A DNA stretch of 64,000 nucleotides, taken from assembly GCA_965223855.1 (NCBI GenBank), contig CBDCXM010000009.1, positions 2,784,001 to 2,848,000 of the forward strand, in the 5' to 3' direction. Positions 38,501 through 47,315 of the stretch are shown in pieces. Made by a program: the position numbers and the translations under genes. Source of the DNA: Candidatus Multivoradales bacterium (GTDB taxonomy: Bacteria > Acidobacteriota > Thermoanaerobaculia > Multivoradales > JAHEKO01). Each line of letters opens with the position of its first letter. The stretch's first letter is position 1. A model generated the notes under the pieces. It made no database searches. It had not been told where the DNA came from and worked only from the letters and a program-made list of their open reading frames with translations.

Positions 38501-38611
38501 ACGTTCGTGCTGCCGAAAGGACGCTCGATCTTCGTCTACTATGACGCCGATCTGGAGCGCTCGGACCTCGACCTCTACACGCTCTCATTCGGCGCGCGGT
38601 GGGAGTTCTGA
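35555..38611 (+). CDS. Autotransporter adhesin with ~4 Calx-beta domains and an Ig-like domain
   Basis: Signal peptide; repeated (V/T)EG(D)..FTVS...T.DGTA....DY....G...E.DE.F.V....G.GTIVDDD; beta-barrel ending GARWEF. Confidence 0.9.
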   Translation: MRNLFSCSASVGLWTCSFLALLLVGSAPAAAGEFFFVSNPSVAEGDSGSVDAVFTVSLLPPRLEGCGIESFRYATVDVTATAGIDYGATSGAFTLDGCDPDTPIDIPVPVFGDVVDEGVSETFLFRVTYVETGTEFDGTGTIVDDDAATISIADSFLTEGDNGTRDMVFTVSMTSPFDLDVPIDFATADGTATAPADYRATSGRIILASGATSVDIVIPVEGELLVEADETFAVDIALGPGGPFPPIVDAQGIGTIVDDDSVEVSIADTTVVEGDSGTTDALFTVSLSGLSAESVFVDYRTSNGTGKAASDYRATSGRISIAPGDSSATISVPVFGDLEPEGDESFFVDLSGAVGASLARTRGVATIVDDDGGSILSLLAPGTVSEGGGAATLVVERTGDLTQAASVVVDAAAGTATAGQDFTATTETLVWGAGVGGTRTLELPILDDNEIEGSESVVVTLSQPAGAALGTSTGELTINDDDEPQQVQIVGDPVQVTTVEETAELTVRVLDTAGEPIQGATVEWSVDGDARLLGEPVDATDSQGESRQSVELGEVPGRVVVTATLTSTGQSIQFDLTAEGNLRRLFPSSGLPTGEASVAGVLDLACIDATGQFGSFCDYLFTLPGPGDQLAVLGEVTPEETPAQATISMESAQTQLGNITARLKALHGAGTRQAIDQLALTINGRSVPWQAIVAAMAPAKEFELPDFAAELAPQDDAGDSGAATGPIDVDADAAPRLGFFVNGRISMGSRDETSSEEGFDVDSSGITTGIDYRVSDRFIVGGALGFLDTDLELVRDGGALDAEGYSLAVYSTYFRDRFYLDTIAAIGRNDYEISRHVDLGIPFQGRNRWISRATPSSDQLSLALSSGFDRVVGASTVSLFAGASYVEAQIDEYRESGGGPFDLILRQQDVTSLLSSGGLEWNYASSRDWGILQPTVRATYLHEFDDDSRLIRGRFVGDVTAGEFVLATDTPDRDYFNLGAGLTFVLPKGRSIFVYYDADLERSDLDLYTLSFGARWEF

Positions 38612-38643
38612 CGCAGCGGATCGACGGAGCGAGCGGGCCGGCT

Positions 38644-40353
38644 TCAGCCGGTCTCGCGCTTGAGCATCACCAGCGTCCGATCGTCGTGAAACGGCGTGCC
38701 GTCGGCGAAAGCGAGGAGCGCCTGGTCGACCGCATCCGAAATCTCGTCGAGAGGGCGATGAGCGTTCTCCTTCAGCAGGGCGATGAAGCGCTCGTCCTGG
38801 AACTGCTCGCCCGACGGGTTCTCCGCTTCGACGACGCCGTCGGTGAACATCGCGAGCAGATCGCCGGGCTCGAGCGTGACTTCACCGATCTCGTACTCGG
38901 CCCCGGGCACCATTCCGAGAGGGAACCCGGTCGCCTCGAGCTCCTCGACTTCGCCCGAAGTCCTGATGACGAGCGGCGGATTGTGTCCGCCGTTGACGAA
39001 GCGCACCGTGTTTTCGTTGGCGTTCGCCGCTACCATGAAGGCGGTCGCGAAGCGGTCGGGCGGCGTTCGCTGGTAGAGCGCCTGGTTCGCGCCCGCCATG
39101 ACGTCGGCGGGCGAAGTGATGCCGGCTTCGATCAGCGCCGAGCAGGTTGCCTCGAGAGAAGCTGCCAGAAGCGAGGCACCCATTCCCTTGCCACAGACGT
39201 CCACGATGAGCACCAGCGCTTCGTCCTCGAGCCCGGAGGCCTGGTAGTAGTCGCCGGAGACACCGCGCGACGCGTCGTTCTGCGCGGCGATCGAGAAGCC
39301 GTCGAGCTCGGGCAGCGACTTTGGAAGCAGCGACACCTGGAGCTTGCGGGCGAAGGCGAGCTCAGACTCGAGCTTTTCGCGCTCGGCGGCACTCTCCGCG
39401 AGGATCAGGTTGTGGAGACGCAGCGCCGTCACCGAGGCGAGCGCGGCGAGCAGTTCGAGATCCTCCTCGTCGAAGCTCTTGTGCTGGAGGCCGGAGCTGA
39501 GCGAGATCATGCCGAAGCACTCTTCCTCGTAGAGGAGGGGGGCAGCGCAGAGACTCTTCGCGCCGGAAGCGAGCAGACTCTTGGAATCGGCAAAGCGCTC
39601 GTCCGACTGAAGGTCGAAGGCGAGGGCCGCCTGGCCGCGCTCTACGACCTCGCGGACGAGCGTCTCCGACACCTTGTCGGGAGCGTCGTCGTCGGCGACC
39701 GAACGCCAGGCGCGAACTTCGAGGCCGTCGTCGCTGGACAGAAGCACCGTAGCCTCTTCCGGCTGCAGGTGCTCGAACGCTCCGTCGAGGACGAGCTCGA
39801 GCAGCTCGTCGACGGCGATCGACTCGCCGAGGGCGCGATGCAGCTCGGTGAGGAGCTTCAGGCGGTCGGCGTAGCGTTGCAGTGCGTCGTCGCCGGCGGC
39901 AGCGGGCGCCGGCTCGGCCGGCAGCAGCTCGGTCATCGGGCGAAGCATCGTGACGCCGTCTCCGCCAGCCGATGCCGGGTTCGCAGAGGGAGGTTGTGCC
40001 GCAGGAGGCTGAGCAGGAGGAGGGTCGGCCGGTTCCGCTTCGGGCTCTGCTGCGGGCTTCGGTACCGGCGGATGGATGCCGACTTCGGTTTGCGAGGCGC
40101 GGACGACGTCACCCGTCGTCACGGCGGTCGGGGCCTCGAGGCGCCGTCCGTTGAGGTACGTGCCGTTGCTGGAGCCGAGGTCCTCGACGAAGAGCGCGCC
40201 CTCGCTTTCGAAGAATCTCAGATGACGCCGGGAGAGGACGGCGTCGTTGATGACCAGATCACAATCCGGGGCTCGACCGAGTACGAGAGAGCCCCCCTCG
40301 AACGAGACGTCGCGTTCCGGCGCCTCGGCGGAAACCACCTTGAGCTGATACAT
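38644..40353 (-). CDS. FHA - GAF - PP2C/SpoIIE (RsbU-like) phosphatase
   Basis: GRAPDCD..LSRRH..DLGSSNGT; GAF region; VSGDYY, VDVCGKG, NGGHNPP, FTDGVVE, DDRT. Start set at ATG 40353, 7 nt after TAGAAT. Confidence 0.92.
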   Translation of the reverse strand: MYQLKVVSAEAPERDVSFEGGSLVLGRAPDCDLVINDAVLSRRHLRFFESEGALFVEDLGSSNGTYLNGRRLEAPTAVTTGDVVRASQTEVGIHPPVPKPAAEPEAEPADPPPAQPPAAQPPSANPASAGGDGVTMLRPMTELLPAEPAPAAAGDDALQRYADRLKLLTELHRALGESIAVDELLELVLDGAFEHLQPEEATVLLSSDDGLEVRAWRSVADDDAPDKVSETLVREVVERGQAALAFDLQSDERFADSKSLLASGAKSLCAAPLLYEEECFGMISLSSGLQHKSFDEEDLELLAALASVTALRLHNLILAESAAEREKLESELAFARKLQVSLLPKSLPELDGFSIAAQNDASRGVSGDYYQASGLEDEALVLIVDVCGKGMGASLLAASLEATCSALIEAGITSPADVMAGANQALYQRTPPDRFATAFMVAANANENTVRFVNGGHNPPLVIRTSGEVEELEATGFPLGMVPGAEYEIGEVTLEPGDLLAMFTDGVVEAENPSGEQFQDERFIALLKENAHRPLDEISDAVDQALLAFADGTPFHDDRTLVMLKRETG

Positions 40354-40474
40354 ATCGGCCATTCTAACGGCAGGAACTCCGCGTCACCTTCGGCGGCGCG
40401 GCCCAACGGTGTACGCTTTTTCTCGAATCTGCGCACACTTGGAATGCGGCATGGCGCCGCCTGAGGAGGGAACC

Positions 40475-41590
40475 ATGAGAGAACGCTCGCACACTTCGTA
40501 TCTTCTCGGTCTGTCGCTGCTGGTCTGCCTCGCGGCTTCGACCGGCTTCGCGCAGGAAGGCGATTCCGGCACTTTCGTCGTCGGTACCAAGGAGGCTCCG
40601 CCCTTCGCGATGAAGGACGCGGACGGCAACTGGAGCGGGATGAGCATCGAGCTGTGGGACCACATCGCGGGAGAGCTCGGCCTCGAGTACGAGCTGCGCG
40701 AGTACGACCTCGAAGGACTCCTGGAGGCCGTGCGGACCGGCGAGGTCGACGCCGGCGTCGCCGCACTCACCGCCACGGGGAAGCGCGAACTGGTGATGGA
40801 CTTCACTCACCCGTTCTACAACACCGGCCTCGGCATCGCGGTTGCGCCGCTCGAGCGGGAGAGCGCCCTGTGGTCGGGCATCAAGCGCTTCTTCTCGAGC
40901 CAGTTTCTCGGAGCGCTCGGCCTGCTGGCGGCGACCCTCCTGGTCGTCGGCTTTCTCGTGTGGGTCGTGGAGCGCAAGGCGAGCCCCGAGCAGTTCGGCG
41001 GCAGTCCGTTCAAGGGGATCTGGTCGGGATTCTGGTGGGCGGCGGTGACGATGACGACGGTCGGCTACGGCGACAAGGCGCCACGGACCGTCGCCGGTCG
41101 CATCCTCGCCCTCATCTGGATGTTCACCGCCATCGTCCTCATCGGCTCGTTCATCGCTGCCATGTCTTCGGCACTGACGGTCGGGCAGCTCGAGTCGCCG
41201 ATCCGCGGCCCGGAAGATCTGGTTCGCGCTCGCGTGGCGACCGTCTCCGGCTCGACCAGCGAGATCTACCTGCGCGATTCCCGCATCCCCTTCCGGCGCT
41301 ACGACTCCCTGCGCGACGCGCTCGACGCGGTGCGCGGCGGCAAGGAGGACGCGGCCGTCTATGACGCACCGCTGCTGCAGTTCGAGGTCAGCCGGCTGTC
41401 GGGCGTCCTCGAGGTGCTGCCCGGTACGTTCGACCGCCAGGACTACTGCATCGCCCTGCCCACCGGAAGCGAGCTGAGGGAGCCGATGAACCGCATTCTG
41501 CTGGCGGACTCGACCCGCTCGCTGTGGCGGGACATCGTCTTCCGGGTTCTGGAAGAGGCACCGGCACCGCCCCCGCGGCCCCAGAGCTAG
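40475..41590 (+). CDS. GluR0-like ligand-gated K+ channel (solute-binding domain split by a pore module)
   Basis: Signal peptide, SBP S1 (APPFAM, DFTHPFYNTG), WWAAVTMTTVGYGD selectivity filter, SBP S2; RBS GAGGAGG. Confidence 0.9.
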   Translation: MRERSHTSYLLGLSLLVCLAASTGFAQEGDSGTFVVGTKEAPPFAMKDADGNWSGMSIELWDHIAGELGLEYELREYDLEGLLEAVRTGEVDAGVAALTATGKRELVMDFTHPFYNTGLGIAVAPLERESALWSGIKRFFSSQFLGALGLLAATLLVVGFLVWVVERKASPEQFGGSPFKGIWSGFWWAAVTMTTVGYGDKAPRTVAGRILALIWMFTAIVLIGSFIAAMSSALTVGQLESPIRGPEDLVRARVATVSGSTSEIYLRDSRIPFRRYDSLRDALDAVRGGKEDAAVYDAPLLQFEVSRLSGVLEVLPGTFDRQDYCIALPTGSELREPMNRILLADSTRSLWRDIVFRVLEEAPAPPPRPQS

Positions 41591-41687
41591 GGGCTTCCTC
41601 GACAGCCCGCGTGGGTCGCGCGGGCGCGATCGGGCCGTCGGATCCTCTCGATTCGACGGCCCGAATCCGCGTGGTAGGTTCCGCCGC

Positions 41688-42189
41688 ATGGAAAACGCGC
41701 TTGTTGGTGTCGTCATGGGATCGCGCTCCGATTGGAGCGGGGTCATGGAGCATGCGGTGGCCACCCTCGAGAGTCTCGGAGTGCCTCACGACGTGAGGGT
41801 TCTCTCCGCCCACAGGACTCCAGAGGCCCCTCTTTCAGTGGCTCGCCGAGAAGGAGGAAGAGGGGGTTCAGGTGTTCATCGCGGCGGCCGGTGGTGCGGC
41901 GCATCTGGCCGGCGTCGTCGCGTCGAAGACGCTCAAGCCGGTGCTGGCGGTGCCGATGCCGTCGAAGCTCGACGGGCTCGACTCCCTGCTGTCGATGGTG
42001 CAGATGCCGGCGGGAATCCCGGTGCCGACCCTGGCGATCGGCAAGGCGGGAGCGGTGAATGCCGCCCTCGCAGCCGGGCAGATCGTCGGCCTCGGCAACG
42101 AGGCGGTCGCAGAGGCGGTCGCCGCCGACCGCAAGCGGCGTGCCGATGCCGTGCTGGCCGATCCCGACCCGCGCCTGCCGGCGCCGTGA
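41688..42189 (+). CDS. purE: N5-CAIR mutase PurE, apparent +1 frameshift at CCCC 41827-41830
   Basis: VGVVMGSRSD, SAHRTP in one frame; IAAAGGAAHLAG, DSLLSMVQMPAGIPV in another. Removing one C gives HRTPEALFQWLAEKEEEGVQVFIAAAG. Confidence 0.92.
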
Positions 42190-42398
42190 CGGTCGGCGAA
42201 GAGGGCAGAGACGCAGCAGGGGAGGATCGTCGGACGGATCGCTCCCCGGAGTCGGGTATCGCCTGGCTATGGGGAGCCGTGCTCCTCGAGCTGATCTCGC
42301 CCATTCCGGCGCTGCTGACGTTCGGAGCCGTCTACGTGCTGCTGGCGAAGCCGCCCTGGTTCCGTGCCGTCGTCGATGAGCTGTACGCCGGGCGATAG
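42186..42398 (+). CDS. Small membrane protein
   Basis: GTGA overlap with the purE stop; hydrophobic LELISPIPALLTFGAVYVLLAKPPWF. Confidence 0.6.
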   Translation: MTVGEEGRDAAGEDRRTDRSPESGIAWLWGAVLLELISPIPALLTFGAVYVLLAKPPWFRAVVDELYAGR

Positions 42399-42524
42399 GT
42401 CGGAGGAGTCAGGGCCGACTTCGGAGGGTGCTGCCGAGCCGGCCACGACGAGGTGCATGGCGCTCGCGGTGAAGGGCTTCGGGTAGGGAGAAGGCCGGCG
42501 ACGAGCTGGTGCTCGCGCGGTAGG

Positions 42525-44141
<1,617 letters not shown>

Positions 44142-44229
44142 CGGTGGTCTCTCCGTGAGTGCGGCGCGAGCGTAGCAGTTCGCCGGCCGGCGACGGTTCG
44201 GCCGCGGTGTCCGGCATTACAATGCGGCG

Positions 44230-45984
44230 ATGGCCGCTCTCGCCACGGCGCTATGCCTCGTCGCCTACGTCCTCGGATACAGGTTCTACTCGAAGTACCT
44301 GGCCACGAAGGTGTTCGGTCTCGACGACTCGAGGACGACGCCCGCCCATGTGCTCGAGGACGGCGTCGACTACGTCCCGACCCGGCGCTTCGTCCTCTTC
44401 GGACACCACTGGGCGTCGATCACCGGGCTGTCGCCGATGCTCGGCCCCGCGGTGGCGGTCATCTGGGGGTGGGCGCCGGCGATGGCGTGGGTGGTCCTCG
44501 GGGCGCTCCTCGTCGGCTGCGTCCACGACTTCGGCGCCCTCGTCGTGAGCATGCGCGCCGAGGGGAAGTCGATCGGCAAGGTTGCGGAGAGCATCGTCGG
44601 CGCGCGAGCGAAGACGCTGTTCCATCTCATCATCTTCTTCGGCATCGCTCTCGCGATGGGCGTGTTCGTCTACATCATCGCCGTGATGTTCTCGATCACC
44701 GAGGCGTGGGACCCCGGCCAGCCGCTGGCCGACCCGTCGTCGTTTCCCACGGCCGTCCTGCCGTCTACGGTGTTGATCCTGGTGGCGCTGGTGATGGGGC
44801 ATCTGCTCTACCGGCGGGGTGCTTCGCTGGCGCCGTTGACGGCGGCGGGCTTCGTGCTCGTCCTCGTCGGCGTCTGGGCGGGCATCGAATGGCCGCTGCT
44901 GGGGCTGGAGCGCGGTGACTGGCCGTCCCACGGCTCGTGGGTCGTGATCCTGCTCGGATACTCGTTCGTCGCCTCCGTGCTGCCGGTCTGGAGCCTCCTC
45001 CAGGCTCGAGACTTCCTCAACTCGCTGCTGCTCTATCTGGGGCTGGCGCTGTGCTACCTCGGCATCTTCGTCGGCTCGCCGGAGTTCGCGGCGCCCGCCT
45101 TCCGCCCGCAGCCCGAGGGGGCGCCGAGCTTCTATCCGTTCGTCTTCATCGTCATCGCCTGCGGCGCTGCGAGCGGCTTCCACTCGCTGGTCTCGTCGGG
45201 CACGACCGCCAAGCAGCTCGACCGCGAGAGCGATGCCAGGCCGATCGGCTACGGAGGCATGGTCGGAGAGTCGCTGCTGGCCCTGCTGGCGGTCGTCGCG
45301 TGCACCGCCGGCTTCGCCGGGCGCGAAGGGCTGGCGCCGTCCGCGGTGTGGCACGACACCTACGCCAACTGGGGCGCCATGCAGGCACTGGGGCAGAAGA
45401 TCGGCATCTTCATCACCGGCTCGGCGCACTTCATCGAGGAGCTCGGGGTGGCGGACCATCGCACCGCGACCGCCTTCATCGCCGTCGTCGTCGTCTCCTT
45501 CGCCCTCACCACCCTCGACTCGGCAACGAGGCTGCTGCGTTTCAACATCTCGGAGATGGGGGAGACCCTTCGCTGGCGGTGGCTGGGAGATCGATACGTC
45601 GCCTCCGGTCTGGCGGTGCTGGTGATCGCCGGTTTCGCCTTCTACGAGATCGGCGGGCGGCCGGCGGGGCTGGCGCTCTGGCAGCTCTTCGGCACCGTCA
45701 ACCAGCTGCTCGCCGGGCTGGCGCTGCTGGTGGTGACGCTCTATCTCCACCAGCGCGGCAGGAACGCCTGGGTGACCGCGGTGCCGATGTTCTTCATGCT
45801 CGGGTCGACCCTGGTGGCGATGATCGTCAATCTCCGTGCCTTCCACGCGGTGTGGGACGAAGGGGGAGCGATCCTCTTCGTCGTCGGGTCGATCCTGCTC
45901 GTCCTGGCGCTGTGGCTGTCGTTCGAGGCGGTCGCGGCTCTGCGTCGCAACCGCGGCCGCCGGATCGACTCGCTGACCTGCTAA
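44230..45984 (+). CDS. cstA: Carbon starvation protein A family transporter
   Basis: TPAH..EDGVDYVPT, GHHWASITG, IACGAASGFHSLVSSGTT, ALTTLDSATRL, LWQLFGTVNQLLA. Confidence 0.93.
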   Translation: MAALATALCLVAYVLGYRFYSKYLATKVFGLDDSRTTPAHVLEDGVDYVPTRRFVLFGHHWASITGLSPMLGPAVAVIWGWAPAMAWVVLGALLVGCVHDFGALVVSMRAEGKSIGKVAESIVGARAKTLFHLIIFFGIALAMGVFVYIIAVMFSITEAWDPGQPLADPSSFPTAVLPSTVLILVALVMGHLLYRRGASLAPLTAAGFVLVLVGVWAGIEWPLLGLERGDWPSHGSWVVILLGYSFVASVLPVWSLLQARDFLNSLLLYLGLALCYLGIFVGSPEFAAPAFRPQPEGAPSFYPFVFIVIACGAASGFHSLVSSGTTAKQLDRESDARPIGYGGMVGESLLALLAVVACTAGFAGREGLAPSAVWHDTYANWGAMQALGQKIGIFITGSAHFIEELGVADHRTATAFIAVVVVSFALTTLDSATRLLRFNISEMGETLRWRWLGDRYVASGLAVLVIAGFAFYEIGGRPAGLALWQLFGTVNQLLAGLALLVVTLYLHQRGRNAWVTAVPMFFMLGSTLVAMIVNLRAFHAVWDEGGAILFVVGSILLVLALWLSFEAVAALRRNRGRRIDSLTC

Positions 45985-45996
45985 GTTTCCGCGTTC

Positions 45997-47298
45997 ATGA
46001 GCTGGGAGAAGGTAGCGGCCGCGGGGCTGCTGAGCGGGTTCGTCGCCCTCGCCGCAGACGCGGCGCCCGACGTTCTGTTGGTGACCGTCGACACCCTGAG
46101 GGCCGATCGGTTGGGCGCCTACGGGTACGAGCGCGACACCTCGCCCCATCTCGACCGTCTGATGGCGCGCGGGGTGAGGTTCACCCAGGCGCGCACCCCC
46201 GAGCCGCTGACCGCCCCGGCGCTGGCGTCGATGCTGACCGGGCTCGAGCCGCACGAGCACGCGGCGAGCCGCAACGGCCTGCGGGTGCGGGGGGACCTGC
46301 CTTCGTTTCCACGCGTGCTCAAGCGGCGCGGCTACGACACCGCGGCCTTCGTCGGCAACTGGACGCTGCGGGACGAGCTTTCGGGCCTCGGCGAGCACTT
46401 CGAGGAGTACACGGAGGTCCTCAACAAGGCCCGCTGGTTCGGCTTTCTCAAGGGCGAGGCGACCGCGGAGGACCTGACCGACCGCGCGCTCGAGTGGCTG
46501 CAGGAGCGGGACGCCGAGCGCCCCTACCTGCTCTGGGTTCACTACGTCGAGCCGCACGCTCCCTACGTGCTGCAGGAGGCGTTCACCGACCAGGTAGGCC
46601 GCGGTGAAGCCGGTTCGAAGAGTTACCGCTACGACACGGAGATCGCGTTCGTCGATCACCACATCGCTCGCCTCCTGGAGGCGACCGACGACGAGGACAT
46701 CGTCGTCTTCACCGCCGATCACGGCGAGAGCCTCGGCGAGCACGACTACTGGGGACACGGGCGCCACCTCTACGAGCCGACGCTTCACATACCGATGAGC
46801 GTCACCTGGCCGGCGGGCCTCGAGACCGGGACCGTCGAGGCACCGGCGATGCTCCACGACCTCGGCGCGACGCTGCTGGCGCTGACCGGCCACGAGGTGC
46901 CGGAGTTCCTGGGGGGGTACGACTGGTCCGGGGTCCTGAGGGGTGAGCAGGAGGCCGACGTGACACGGGTGACGCGCTATCAGGCGCACAAGGGTGCGGT
47001 GCAGCGACGCGATGCTCCCCAGCGCGTCAGGCAGCAGGGGCTGCTCGAGGTCGCCCGGCTGGAGGCGGGAGTCAAGGAGATCCTGCGGGTCACCAATCTC
47101 CACCGGTGGACCTTCGATCTGACCGCGGACCCGGCGGAGCTGCGCTCGAGCGTGCCGCTCGCCTCCGCCGCGACCGACCCCCTCAATCGCTGGTGGAACG
47201 AGGTTCACGCCGGTCTGGAGCTCTCCGACGAGCTGCCGCCGCCGTCGCTCGACGACGAAGACCTCGAAGCGCTGCGAGCGCTCGGCTACATCGACTGA
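45997..47298 (+). CDS. Sulfatase-like hydrolase/transferase (alkaline phosphatase superfamily)
   Basis: VTVDTLRAD, PLTAPALASMLTG, WVHYVEPHAPY, TADHGESLGEH, ends LRALGYID. Confidence 0.88.
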   Translation: MSWEKVAAAGLLSGFVALAADAAPDVLLVTVDTLRADRLGAYGYERDTSPHLDRLMARGVRFTQARTPEPLTAPALASMLTGLEPHEHAASRNGLRVRGDLPSFPRVLKRRGYDTAAFVGNWTLRDELSGLGEHFEEYTEVLNKARWFGFLKGEATAEDLTDRALEWLQERDAERPYLLWVHYVEPHAPYVLQEAFTDQVGRGEAGSKSYRYDTEIAFVDHHIARLLEATDDEDIVVFTADHGESLGEHDYWGHGRHLYEPTLHIPMSVTWPAGLETGTVEAPAMLHDLGATLLALTGHEVPEFLGGYDWSGVLRGEQEADVTRVTRYQAHKGAVQRRDAPQRVRQQGLLEVARLEAGVKEILRVTNLHRWTFDLTADPAELRSSVPLASAATDPLNRWWNEVHAGLELSDELPPPSLDDEDLEALRALGYID

Positions 47299-47315
47299 GC
47301 GGAGGGGCCGCCCGC

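Noticed and set aside
13368-40353. Type VI secretion cluster suggested by kinase, FHA and PP2C
   Set aside because: No recognisable TssB/C, Hcp, VgrG, TssJLM or ClpV genes
41688-42398. 236-aa PurE-membrane protein fusion
   Set aside because: Artefact of the +1 frameshift joining the purE N-terminus to the frame of the next small gene
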